Below are positions 30,295 to 39,822 of a DNA stretch of 43,775 bases, piece after piece. Positions within the stretch are counted from its first letter, which is position 1. Each line of letters starts with the position of its first letter. The stretch is taken from assembly GCA_964492935.1 (NCBI GenBank), contig CAZBLF010000005.1:1-43775 (forward strand), given 5' to 3'. Under the pieces are notes generated by a model. It did no database searches. It was not told the origin of the DNA and saw nothing but the letters and a program-made list of their open reading frames with translations. Made by a program: the position numbers and the translations under genes. Source of the DNA: an uncultured Methanosarcinales archaeon. GTDB lineage: Archaea; Nanobdellota; Nanobdellia; Woesearchaeales; JACPBV01.

Positions 30295-30879
30295 ATGGCA
30301 ACATTCAAATTAACGATAGCGGACCCGAAAGAGTCTAAGACATACCAGAAAGAGGTAAAGGATGCTGAGGCAGCTGGCTTTCTTGGTTTAAACATAGGTG
30401 AATCTATCAAAGGCGATGGATTTGGGTTAGAAGGATATGAATTTGAGGTTACTGGCGGTTCTGATTTTTGTGGATTCCCTATGAGAAAGGGTATTCTTGG
30501 TGTTCGTAAGAAAATTACGTCTATTGGAGGGGTTGGCTTCCCAGGATTGAAGGGCGGTAAGAAATTAAGGCGAACGGTTTGTGGACAGAAGATTAATGAT
30601 AGCATTACACAGGTTAACATGAAGGTTACGAAAGCTGGAAGTAAGAAGCTTGCAGATGTTGCTGGTGCTCCTGCTGAGGATGCTGGTGAAGGCGATGCTA
30701 AAGAGGATAAGAAGGCTGAAGAGAAGCCTAAGGAAGATAAGAAGGAAGCTCCTAAAGAAGAAAAGGCTGAGGCTGAAGAGAAGCCTAAGGGCGACGATAA
30801 GAAAGAAGAGAAGCCTAAGGAAGACAAAGCTGAAGATAAAAAGGCTGAAGAGAAGCCTAAGGCTGAGGATAAGAACTAA
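30295..30879 (+). CDS. rps6e: 30S ribosomal protein S6e with a low-complexity K/E/D tail
   Basis: VTGGSDFCGFPMRKG, RRTVCG and ITQVNMKV motifs; repeated KAEEKPK. Confidence 0.95.
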   Translation: MATFKLTIADPKESKTYQKEVKDAEAAGFLGLNIGESIKGDGFGLEGYEFEVTGGSDFCGFPMRKGILGVRKKITSIGGVGFPGLKGGKKLRRTVCGQKINDSITQVNMKVTKAGSKKLADVAGAPAEDAGEGDAKEDKKAEEKPKEDKKEAPKEEKAEAEEKPKGDDKKEEKPKEDKAEDKKAEEKPKAEDKN

Positions 30880-30887
30880 CTCTAACT

Positions 30888-32132
30888 ATGCCTACGAAAC
30901 AAGATGCACCTGAAGGAAATCAACCTGAGGTAAACATCGGCATCGTGGGTCACGTGGATCACGGTAAGACTACATTACTAGAACAATTAAGTGGTAAGTG
31001 GGCAGATACGCATTCTGAGGAAATTAAACGAGGTATTACTATTCGTTTAGGGTATGCTGATGTACAGTTTTACAAGCACAAGAAGGACGGTAGTTTTGCT
31101 ACGGAACTTGTTGCTAAGAAGACTGAGGGTGTGTATGAGAAGAGTAGAAAGGTTAGTTTCGTTGACGCTCCGGGACACGAGTCGCTGATGGCTACGATGC
31201 TGGCCGGTGCTACCATTATTGACGGTGCGATTTTATTGATTAGTGCTACTGAGAAATGTCCGCAGCCGCAGACCAAGGAACATATTATGGCTTTGGAGAT
31301 TATTGGCGTTAAAAATTTGGTTGTTATTCAAAATAAGATTGATTTGGTTACTGAGGAAGAGGCCATGAAAAATTACGTGCAGATTCAGGCTTTTTTGAAG
31401 GAGACGCCGTTTAAGGGTGCTCCCATTATTCCGTTATCGGCGCAGCATGGCGCGGGAATGAGTGCGTTGATTGGTGCCTTGGATGAGGTTATTCCTACTC
31501 CTGAACGAGATGTGAAGGCGGATCCTCGCTTTTTGGTTGCTAGAAGTTTTGATATTAACAAGCCCGGTACGCCGATTGAGAAGATGGTTGGTGGGGTATT
31601 GGGTGGTGTCTTAAAGCAAGGTACGTTTAAGCCGGGTGATGAAATTGAGATTAAGCCGGGATACGATAAAGAGGAAAAGAATCAGCGGATTTGGATTCCG
31701 GTTACTACTACTATTACAGCTGTGCACAGCGGTGGAAAGGACTTGAAGGAGGCGGTGCCAGGTGGTTCGATTGGGATTCAGACGTTGCTTGATCCTTCGG
31801 TTGTGAGTTCTGATCGCTTATCTGGCTCGGTTGCTGGATTGAAGGGTAAGTTGCCTGCGGTGTGGCAATCGTTGAAATTAGAGGTTCATTTGCTTGATCG
31901 GGTTGTGGGTGTAAAGAAGGATCAGAAGGTTGAGCAGATTATTCGTGCGGAGACGTTGATGTTGAATGTGAATTCGACTGCTACGGTTGGTCGAGTGCAG
32001 CTGGTCAAAAAGGGCATTACTGATGTGTTGTTGAAGTTGCCGGTGTGTGCTGATGTGGGTGCACGTGTAACTATTTCTAGAATGGTAGGAAACAGATTTA
32101 GATTAATTGGTTACGGAATTATTAAAGAATAA
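30888..32132 (+). CDS. eif2g: Translation initiation factor aIF2 gamma
   Basis: GHVDHGKT, RGITIRLGYA, DAPGHE, QNKID, RSFDINKPG and RLIGYG motifs. Confidence 0.97.
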   Translation: MPTKQDAPEGNQPEVNIGIVGHVDHGKTTLLEQLSGKWADTHSEEIKRGITIRLGYADVQFYKHKKDGSFATELVAKKTEGVYEKSRKVSFVDAPGHESLMATMLAGATIIDGAILLISATEKCPQPQTKEHIMALEIIGVKNLVVIQNKIDLVTEEEAMKNYVQIQAFLKETPFKGAPIIPLSAQHGAGMSALIGALDEVIPTPERDVKADPRFLVARSFDINKPGTPIEKMVGGVLGGVLKQGTFKPGDEIEIKPGYDKEEKNQRIWIPVTTTITAVHSGGKDLKEAVPGGSIGIQTLLDPSVVSSDRLSGSVAGLKGKLPAVWQSLKLEVHLLDRVVGVKKDQKVEQIIRAETLMLNVNSTATVGRVQLVKKGITDVLLKLPVCADVGARVTISRMVGNRFRLIGYGIIKE

Positions 32133-32213
32133 TCACTCTTCTTCGTCGATTGGGAATGGACTTGCTATCTTCTCTTGCATTTTTTCCCAGGTGTAAAAGT
32201 TATCCATGTTCAT
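32133..32213 (-). CDS. Putative micro-protein, 26 aa
   Basis: MNMDNFYTWEKMQEKIASPFPIDEEE; ATGA overlap with the upstream small ORF. Confidence 0.45.
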   Translation of the reverse strand: MNMDNFYTWEKMQEKIASPFPIDEEE

Positions 32214-32347
32214 GCCCCCATGTAGCCTTGCATAAAGCCGGCTTCTTCTGATGAGATCTCTCCATCTTCAACCATTTCATTGATGCTTTCGCCGTAGATC
32301 CCGTCTTCGGTTATTTCGATTTCGTAAATTTCTTCTGTTTCTTCCAT
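32210..32347 (-). CDS. Small acidic protein, 45 aa
   Basis: MEETEEIYEIEITEDGIYGESINEMVEDGEISSEEAGFMQGYMGA; upstream TATA-like sequence. Confidence 0.65.
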   Translation of the reverse strand: MEETEEIYEIEITEDGIYGESINEMVEDGEISSEEAGFMQGYMGA

Positions 32348-32507
32348 TTCAAAACATGATAATCCCCGTTTTAATCTATAGTATAGAGAAGTTATGTCTT
32401 TTATATATTTAACGCTTAAACTTTATAATTATTATATAAACAGAAAGACTTATATAAGGTTTCAGAGTTCATTCATTTCATTATATTAACTTTAAGGGTG
32501 CTTAACC

Positions 32508-33431
32508 ATGAGACGAAAAGTTATACAAATTGCAAATTCTACACAGTTAGTTTCTTTACCTAGGAAATGGGCTTTAGATCAGGGGATTAAGAAAGGAGAT
32601 GAGGTTGAGGTAGCTGTTGATGGGTCTACTGTAGTTATTAGCACCGAGACAGGAACTAAAATGGATGAAATTTTCATTGATGTTTGTGGGCTTACTCCTC
32701 GACTTGCAGATCGCTTGGTTACTCGAGCTTATCAGAAGGGATATGATGTATTGAACATCAAATATGATAGTCCATTCATTATCAAGGCCATTCAGGATAA
32801 AATCCAGGAGCTTATTGGTTTTGAAATTATGGACAAGAGTAAGAGTGACTGTCGCATTGAGATTATCTCTTCTAAATTGGATATCAATTTTGATGCGTCA
32901 TTTCGAAGGGCATTTCTTACCGTGATTGATATGGCCCAGGAGGCTTCATCGGGGTATGGGACTAATGATGAGTCCCTGGTGGAAACTTTATTGATGCAGG
33001 ATACTGAGGTCAATAAATTTTGTTATTTTTGCTTGCGCTATATTAACAAAGGGGAGCGTCATGAATTTGGCAACTTCGCATTGCACTACCTTATAGAGTC
33101 TCTTGAGGACGTAGGAGATGAGCTCAAAATTCTTGCGAAGGTTTTAATTCATACAAAAAAGAAGATTCCGCTGATTAGTGATTTGCTCAATCAAATAAAT
33201 ACCATGGTCAAGAATGCCTATGATTTTTATTATAAGCCGGATAAGGAGAAAGCATTAAGGGGTTCTGAATTATACAGTAGTATCGAAGCCAAGGTTCAAG
33301 AGGGGTTGAAAACTACTGATTCCAATGAAATTAAGGCGTTGATTAGAATTTGGGATGTCGCTGAGCTACTGTACAAATTTCCTACTATTCAGCTTGATAT
33401 GCTGAAGCTGGTCGAAAAGAAGAGTTCTTAG
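32508..33431 (+). CDS. AbrB/SpoVT-PhoU family regulator (second paralog)
   Basis: RRKVIQIANSTQLVSLPRKW...KGDEV; DTEVNKF and LEDVGDE motifs. Confidence 0.88.
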   Translation: MRRKVIQIANSTQLVSLPRKWALDQGIKKGDEVEVAVDGSTVVISTETGTKMDEIFIDVCGLTPRLADRLVTRAYQKGYDVLNIKYDSPFIIKAIQDKIQELIGFEIMDKSKSDCRIEIISSKLDINFDASFRRAFLTVIDMAQEASSGYGTNDESLVETLLMQDTEVNKFCYFCLRYINKGERHEFGNFALHYLIESLEDVGDELKILAKVLIHTKKKIPLISDLLNQINTMVKNAYDFYYKPDKEKALRGSELYSSIEAKVQEGLKTTDSNEIKALIRIWDVAELLYKFPTIQLDMLKLVEKKSS

Positions 33432-35857
33432 AAATGGATGGCATCTTCTACGATGTTTCCCTTAATATGTATAGGGGTATCATGATACTCTCTTTCTCTC
33501 TGTAATTGATAGCAAGTTCTTAGCCAATTTAGCTGGTTTGTTGGATTGTATCGAGTTGATCCTAATTCCGCTACTGTTTCTTGCCGGTCCCAATTTCTCA
33601 GCTCAATATTCTTAGGATCAACTCCTTCATCGACAAAAGCAAATAATAGGCCTCTCTTTTCGGTTTCGTAGTTGAGGTCTGTTACTATGGGGCCCACATA
33701 TACACCTACTGAGGGATACTCTCCATTTTGTATGGTGGATAGACTTAGAGTTCTAAAAAGAGATCCATTATTGTGACTTCTATCTCCCGCAGTGTAGAGT
33801 GCTCCGTATCCTGCCGTGAATAATAATGATTGGATTGCAGTTCGTGTAACTTCGAGGTTGGGCATCTGCAGGTAGACAATATGAGCTTCTGGGCGCGCTC
33901 CATCTACATGGAGTACCTCTACTCGGGTCTCTTGGAGAAGTGTTCTATCTGAAGCTATATCTGGATGGGTGGCAAGGACATTTTCCTTAAAATTGAGATA
34001 TACTCTTTCTCCACCTTCCAATGCAGTCTCTAGATCAGCCATACTTGTAATTCGAGGGGGCGAGTACTCTCTTGCTTCGATAAGGGCGGGATCGTTTACA
34101 ACCGACATGCTTCGCTCGAGTGTTGCGTCTCTCCTTTTTGTGTGGAATTCATTCAATGCTACTGGATTTCTTTCCTTTCGTGTCATCTCTTGCCAACACC
34201 GAACAATATTTACTATTTCCTGTGCAGCTAACATTCCTTCCCCCACATAGGATTCCGGGGGAGCCTTGCTTATTCGTTCGATATCTGCATTATATACTAG
34301 CAGTTCTATGGGACTTTCTCCATGGTAGTGTCCGTCATAAAATTTTTGAAAATCGGGTCCGATTTGGTGAAGTCTACTCTGGCTGGAAGGGGTGCCATCT
34401 TCATTTTCTCTCCATTTTATTGCTTTAACTAATTCCGCGGTCGGTTCAAAAAGATGGAAATCTAGAACCGGTAGCCTGTATTCTTCAGCAAATAATCTTC
34501 TTAGTTTGGGCGAGGGCCAGTTAATGATGGGTATTTTGTTTTCGCGCAGGATGTCATTTACTCCCAATATTCTGATCTCCCCTTCATCGTCAAGTTCAGG
34601 AAATTGGTGATTGTTGGCTCTGAGCCAGCCATACTCATGGTCTTTATATATGAGTGAGAAGGGTATGTCTCTGTTTTCCAGTAAGGCTTTGAATTGCTCT
34701 CGGCTAAGCTGTCTTGTCCCTGAAAGAGCATCCTCCTCTCCCGGCTTCCCCGATCGCTGGCCGCGAGTGGTTATATACGCTACATAATGCATTCCTGGGA
34801 GATCGCCGATTTCCAGACCAGATAGTTTTAGTGTTATTGAGGTCTTTCCCGATCCGCTCGTTCCCCGTAGGGTGATGATGCTAGGATAGTGATCGATGAA
34901 TTCCGTTGGTGACTGTCCCCTCATGTCATAAATATGTTTTGTATACTTTTCGCGCTCTCTTAGTGCTGCCTCAGCAAGTCTCATAAATTGAGTCTCAATA
35001 AAAATATCTGGATCGTGAATTCCTTCTCCTTTTTTATCGAATCTCCAGGGTTCGACTTTTATTCCGGGGTAGATTTCGGTTCGCGCGTGTCGCCCTAGAA
35101 ATTCCTGCAGTCTTGCAGTATTCCCCTCGTCTTGTAGAAAGTCTGAGTGGTGTGCCCTAGTCATTCCCATAAGGACGCTGGCATAAGGTACTGTTTTTTT
35201 TAATTGAGGTAGCGCTCTCTTGAGAAGAGCCTCGGCCTGACGACTGTAGTCTTCAGGAGTATATATTAGCAGTATCTCTGATTCGAATCGTTCTGGATGT
35301 TTTATCAACTGTGTTATCGAGTAGTTTGGATTAAGTTTGAAAGGAGTTCCCTTAACTGATCTCTTTTTAATTGCGTTCCAAATTTCAGAACGGAAAGCTC
35401 GTGATCCGGCAATTGCGACCTCGATGGGATTGCCTGGAACAACGGGGATATTTACTTGATGATAGTAATCACTGACAAATGTTTCCAGTTCTGATGTGGT
35501 ATGGATCCTAAGGGCTGGGTCATCAAGATCTGCTAACTTCTGTATCACTTCCTCTTCCCGGTTAATTGAATTTCCGAGAATCAGTGCTGCTGAGGATTCC
35601 CAGGAATTCTTCCCTAAAAATTCATCTCCCGAAAGCTTGATTGTGGGTTCGAACTCACTACGAACTAACTTGCTCAAATCATCTACTGCGGCTGCCAATT
35701 CATCGTTGCCCTGATCTCCGATCACATATACTGGTGGCTTTAACGTTCTTTGCAGCTGCGTGGCAAATCTAAGGTCATTCATGGCCATTGTTTCTAGTGC
35801 AGAATGCAGTGCATAGTAGCCGGCAACTATCTCATCTCTCGCTGTAGTGTCCTTCAT
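33428..35857 (-). CDS. Large multidomain protein with a central guanylate kinase/PhnN-like P-loop domain
   Basis: GTSGSGKTS, YITTRGQR..PGE and HEYG within an ~810-aa ORF. Confidence 0.72.
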   Translation of the reverse strand: MKDTTARDEIVAGYYALHSALETMAMNDLRFATQLQRTLKPPVYVIGDQGNDELAAAVDDLSKLVRSEFEPTIKLSGDEFLGKNSWESSAALILGNSINREEEVIQKLADLDDPALRIHTTSELETFVSDYYHQVNIPVVPGNPIEVAIAGSRAFRSEIWNAIKKRSVKGTPFKLNPNYSITQLIKHPERFESEILLIYTPEDYSRQAEALLKRALPQLKKTVPYASVLMGMTRAHHSDFLQDEGNTARLQEFLGRHARTEIYPGIKVEPWRFDKKGEGIHDPDIFIETQFMRLAEAALREREKYTKHIYDMRGQSPTEFIDHYPSIITLRGTSGSGKTSITLKLSGLEIGDLPGMHYVAYITTRGQRSGKPGEEDALSGTRQLSREQFKALLENRDIPFSLIYKDHEYGWLRANNHQFPELDDEGEIRILGVNDILRENKIPIINWPSPKLRRLFAEEYRLPVLDFHLFEPTAELVKAIKWRENEDGTPSSQSRLHQIGPDFQKFYDGHYHGESPIELLVYNADIERISKAPPESYVGEGMLAAQEIVNIVRCWQEMTRKERNPVALNEFHTKRRDATLERSMSVVNDPALIEAREYSPPRITSMADLETALEGGERVYLNFKENVLATHPDIASDRTLLQETRVEVLHVDGARPEAHIVYLQMPNLEVTRTAIQSLLFTAGYGALYTAGDRSHNNGSLFRTLSLSTIQNGEYPSVGVYVGPIVTDLNYETEKRGLLFAFVDEGVDPKNIELRNWDRQETVAELGSTRYNPTNQLNWLRTCYQLQREREYHDTPIHIKGNIVEDAIHF

Positions 35858-35932
35858 TTTCAAACTATTAGTTACTATTGGGAAGGCACAATCTTTTTTA
35901 AACCTATCTTGAATCTCTCTCAGAAAACGCTA

Positions 35933-36247
35933 TTATTGCTCTTGTCTAGGGAGTCCTGGTTTGACAATCTCTACAAGCTCATTATTTTTGAGCCATCCTA
36001 ACACCTGTTGATAATTCTGCTGTAAAACTGCAACTCTATAGTGAGCTGTCCCATTATCTGATAGATCGACCACTCCTTGGGTTCCATGTAACTCTCTTAC
36101 TTCGTCTGCGATTGATTCTGGTGTGGGGGCTTCTTTTACTGGCGTTCCACACCGAAGAAAATAGGTATCTGGAAGACTGTTCACTTCGAACTCAATAGAT
36201 GCAAGCCGTTGTGAACTTCCTGCTTGTGGTCTGTCTCTTACTGCCAT
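35933..36247 (-). CDS. Hypothetical protein
   Basis: 104-aa ORF with an ATG start and an upstream TATA-like box. Confidence 0.6.
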   Translation of the reverse strand: MAVRDRPQAGSSQRLASIEFEVNSLPDTYFLRCGTPVKEAPTPESIADEVRELHGTQGVVDLSDNGTAHYRVAVLQQNYQQVLGWLKNNELVEIVKPGLPRQEQ

Positions 36248-36440
36248 TTTTGATCTTATTTGAATAAAACTTGGATTTGCTTTTAAACCTAACGGTATTA
36301 AGCCTTTACTCTGAGAGATATTCTCCTATATAATCATTGTGCATATAGTGTATATAATGGTTAGTTTTGAATGTTGTGGTTGAGGTTGCTAGTCAGTTAA
36401 AAGCAAAGGTTTTTTATAATTAGTTCTGGCCATTGATGTT

Positions 36441-37685
36441 ATGCAGAAGGTATTGAAGGAGGCTCTTGCGATTGTGAAGCCTACAAAGGATGATGAAGCT
36501 CAACATCGAGATATGGTGGAGTCTAAGCTTTCGTTGTTAAAGAAGGCGGTAAAGGGTGCTACGGTTATTCTCGGCGGTTCTGGAGAGAAGGGGACGTGGT
36601 TACGCGAAAGTACCGATGTTGATTTGTTTGTGCAGTTTCCGTATGCTAAGTTTAAGGACAGAAGCGATGAGCTGGCTGATTTGTTGGAGAAAGGTGTAAA
36701 AAAAGCATTTCCTAAATTCGATCGGGTGCATGGGAGTCGAGATTACTTTCAGTTTTTTGAACATGAGCGGACGTTTGAGGTTATTCCGATTCTTAAGATT
36801 TCGAAAGCGGAGCAAGCTAAAAATATTACTGATGTTTCTCCATTACATGCGGCTTGGGTGAAGAAGCAGGGTAAGGAGTATTTGGATGAGATTCGTTTAT
36901 TGAAAGCCTTTTGTAGAGCACACCGCATTTATGGAGCTGAATCGTTCATCAATGGCTTTTCTGGGTATGTGTGTGAGGTGTTGGTGATTCACTTTGGTGG
37001 TTTTAGGAAATTAATTACGGCTGCTAAAAAATGGGGCGAGAAGGTGGTGTTGGATCCTGCTGATTACTGGAAGGGCAGCGATGTGATGATGGAATTGAAT
37101 AGTTCTAAGACGACTTCGCCTTTAGTGATCGTGGATCCGGTGCAGGCTGATAGAAATGCTAGTGCTGCGATTGGTGCTGATGCTTTTGCACAGTTTATTG
37201 CTGCATGTTCTGCTTTTATTGCGAAGCCTACGGTTGAAGCTTTTATTGAGCGGAAATTGACTAAAACTGATTTAGAGAAGAAGGCTGGAAGGAATGATCT
37301 TATTTTGATTGATGCGTTGCCGGTCGAGGGTAAGGTTGATATTGTTGGATGTAAATTGGTTAAGGTGTTGGATTTTTTTTCTCGTTCACTGGAGCGGTAT
37401 GGGTTTACGGTAGTCGATAAGGGGTTGTCGTTTGATGGCAATGCGTTATTGTACTTGATTGTTAAAAAAGAGAAGATGAGTAAGCTGATTGAGATTAGTG
37501 GTCCGCCGTTAGCGGTTATTGCTCATGTTAAAGCTTTTAAGAAGAAGCATAAAAAAACTAAAGTAAAAGGGAAAAAGTTATTTGCTTTTGAGAAAAGGAA
37601 GTATTTTGATGGTGCCTCTGTGATTAGTGATTTGAAGAAGGATGAATACTTGAAGGAGAAGGTTAAGAGGTTTACTCTCTTATGA
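36441..37685 (+). CDS. cca: Archaeal (class I) CCA-adding enzyme
   Basis: GGSGEKGTWL...DVDLF, YGAE...GFSGYVCE, DPVQADRNAS and GPP motifs. Confidence 0.95.
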   Translation: MQKVLKEALAIVKPTKDDEAQHRDMVESKLSLLKKAVKGATVILGGSGEKGTWLRESTDVDLFVQFPYAKFKDRSDELADLLEKGVKKAFPKFDRVHGSRDYFQFFEHERTFEVIPILKISKAEQAKNITDVSPLHAAWVKKQGKEYLDEIRLLKAFCRAHRIYGAESFINGFSGYVCEVLVIHFGGFRKLITAAKKWGEKVVLDPADYWKGSDVMMELNSSKTTSPLVIVDPVQADRNASAAIGADAFAQFIAACSAFIAKPTVEAFIERKLTKTDLEKKAGRNDLILIDALPVEGKVDIVGCKLVKVLDFFSRSLERYGFTVVDKGLSFDGNALLYLIVKKEKMSKLIEISGPPLAVIAHVKAFKKKHKKTKVKGKKLFAFEKRKYFDGASVISDLKKDEYLKEKVKRFTLL

Positions 37686-38155
37686 TTTCTGATGTTCTTA
37701 ATGTTGCTTGGATTACTTTGTTGCCGTTCTTAGAGTTGCGTGCTTCTATTCCGTATGGGATTGTTAAAGGGATGTCTGGTCCTCTTGTGTTCTTGGTTGC
37801 TAGTATTGTTAATATTGTTTTGGGGTTATTGTTGTATCCTCTTGTTGGATGGTTGGTTCGGATGGGAACTTCCGTTTCGTTTGTTGATTCTTTGTATCAG
37901 CGCTATGTAATTAAGATTCAGAAGAAATTGCATTCGTTAACTGAGAAATATGGTGAATGGGCAATTGCTGCTTTTATTGCTGTGCCTTTACCGGGTTCTG
38001 GCGTTTATTCGGGTGCATTGGCTGCGTATTTGATTGGTCTTTCTTATCGTAAATTCTTGGTTGCGTGTATTGTTGGTGTTACGATTGCTGGTGTTTTGGT
38101 GACGTTAATCTCTCTATCTGGCGTTGGTGCTGCATTATTTCTGAAACAGATCTGA
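37682..38155 (+). CDS. Small multidrug export-like membrane protein (COG2426)
   Basis: LPFLELRASIP and AVPLPGSGVYSG motifs. Confidence 0.88.
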   Translation: MISDVLNVAWITLLPFLELRASIPYGIVKGMSGPLVFLVASIVNIVLGLLLYPLVGWLVRMGTSVSFVDSLYQRYVIKIQKKLHSLTEKYGEWAIAAFIAVPLPGSGVYSGALAAYLIGLSYRKFLVACIVGVTIAGVLVTLISLSGVGAALFLKQI

Positions 38156-38316
38156 TTTTTATAAATATTATATAAAAACGATAGCTTTAAAAATAGGGCT
38201 TGTATTCTGTATAGTATTGAAATCGGGTAGAATTGGCCGTTTTTCGATCTTTTGATTTGGCCGAAAGATTCTGTAGGGTTTTCAATTTCAGAGACAAACA
38301 CACACATGTGATTATT

Positions 38317-38775
38317 ATGACAGGAACAATGGAAACTGGGAAAAAGGCGCCTGAATCGAGGAAGGAGTTAATGGCTCGTATGGCTGAGAGAATCGAATTG
38401 GATTTTACGAGTTTTGGGCCGGGTAATGGGGCTGCGACTCCCGTTCAGTATTCTCAGTCTTATGGATTGTCAGAAGATGGACTCCATATTTCTCCAGTCT
38501 CCGCATTGGTTACTTATGCGCGTTCCCTGGAGAATATGAATTTACATTACAGGCCCGTTGGAGATGAAAATCTTGGTTGGAAACCCGTGGACAATGCAAT
38601 AGCAATGCTCACAATGGAATTGGTTGGCGGTTCCCAATTGGAGATTGGCTATGAATCCAAAAATGGTTCTCCAGCAGACGCACAAAATACTGGTGAAATT
38701 TCTGATACTGTCTCGGAAATTTTGATGGGCAATCAAGAGACCATTGCTCGAGTCAATCGATTGCGCAATCGTTAA
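38317..38775 (+). CDS. Hypothetical protein
   Basis: Open frame; the likely start is ATG 38317 or 38329. Confidence 0.6.
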   Translation: MTGTMETGKKAPESRKELMARMAERIELDFTSFGPGNGAATPVQYSQSYGLSEDGLHISPVSALVTYARSLENMNLHYRPVGDENLGWKPVDNAIAMLTMELVGGSQLEIGYESKNGSPADAQNTGEISDTVSEILMGNQETIARVNRLRNR

Positions 38776-38808
38776 TCTTATATATTCATTAATAATTGAG
38801 TTGATTCT

Positions 38809-39822
38809 ATGTCATTCGAACAATTGAAAAATAATTTACTGGCGAAGGAGCCGTTTACGGATATTTTGGGTCAGGGAAGTACTAAGAAACAGCTTATTTC
38901 TACTTTATTGGCTAACAGACACGTTATTGTGGTTGGACCGCCCGGTATTGGGAAGACTACGTTGGCTAAGAACGTTGCACGTTTGTTGCCGGATATGGAG
39001 GCGTTGAACGATGGATTTCATTCTGATCCGAAGCATCCTTTATTCCCGGATGACAAATCGCATAAGACGGTTTCGGTTAAGGGTGAGGATCGGTTTATTC
39101 GAATCCAGGGTTCGCCAGATCTAACTGCTGAAGATCTGTTAGGGGATATTGATCCTATTAAAGCTCTTAAATTTGGTCCTTTGTCACTTGAAGCTTTTAC
39201 ACCCGGAAAGATTTTCAAGGCTAATAATGGAATTTTGTTTTTTGATGAGTTAAATCGATGTCCTGAGCGATTGCAGAATGCTTTACTTCAGGTATTGGAA
39301 GAGGGTAAAGTTACATTAGGAAGTTATGATATTGATATTCCGGTTAATTTTGTGTTTATTGCTACGATGAATCCAGAAGATAGTAGCACGGAGAAATTGT
39401 CGGATGTTTTACTTGATAGATTTGATGTTATTTACATGCCGTATCCTAAGACTCTAGCATTAGAACGGGAAATTGTTGAGAAGAGTGGCAAGAAACAGGA
39501 TGTTGAGTTTCCGGGTTCTCTTTTGGATTTAGCATTGACGATTGTTCGCAATTTGAGAGAAAGTGATAAGGTTGAGAAGAAGCCTTCTGTTCGAGCTTCG
39601 TTAGGATTGTATGAGCGGGCGCAGGCGAATGCTGTAATTGCTGAGCGTAAAAAGGTTGTGATGAAGGATGTTGAGGATGCTACGGTTTCTGTACTGAGTC
39701 ATCGTATTCGATTAAAACCATCGGTTAAGTATTTGAAAGAGCCTAGCACGTTTGTGCGAGAGGAATTTCAAAAGACGGCTGAGTCGCTAGAAGATGCGAC
39801 GGATGAGGGTGGAGATCCCTAA
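38809..39822 (+). CDS. AAA+ ATPase, MoxR/ChlI-like
   Basis: GPPGIGKT, LFFDELNR, QNALLQVLEE, ATMNP and LLDRF motifs. Confidence 0.92.
   Translation: MSFEQLKNNLLAKEPFTDILGQGSTKKQLISTLLANRHVIVVGPPGIGKTTLAKNVARLLPDMEALNDGFHSDPKHPLFPDDKSHKTVSVKGEDRFIRIQGSPDLTAEDLLGDIDPIKALKFGPLSLEAFTPGKIFKANNGILFFDELNRCPERLQNALLQVLEEGKVTLGSYDIDIPVNFVFIATMNPEDSSTEKLSDVLLDRFDVIYMPYPKTLALEREIVEKSGKKQDVEFPGSLLDLALTIVRNLRESDKVEKKPSVRASLGLYERAQANAVIAERKKVVMKDVEDATVSVLSHRIRLKPSVKYLKEPSTFVREEFQKTAESLEDATDEGGDP

Noticed and set aside
30273..30913. ORFs 30273-30827 (-) and 30650-30913 (+)
   Set aside because: They are alternative frames of the low-complexity rps6e tail.
36333..36362. Wobble-rich hairpin upstream of cca
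   Set aside because: It is AT-rich with many G-T pairs and is compatible with chance in a promoter region.
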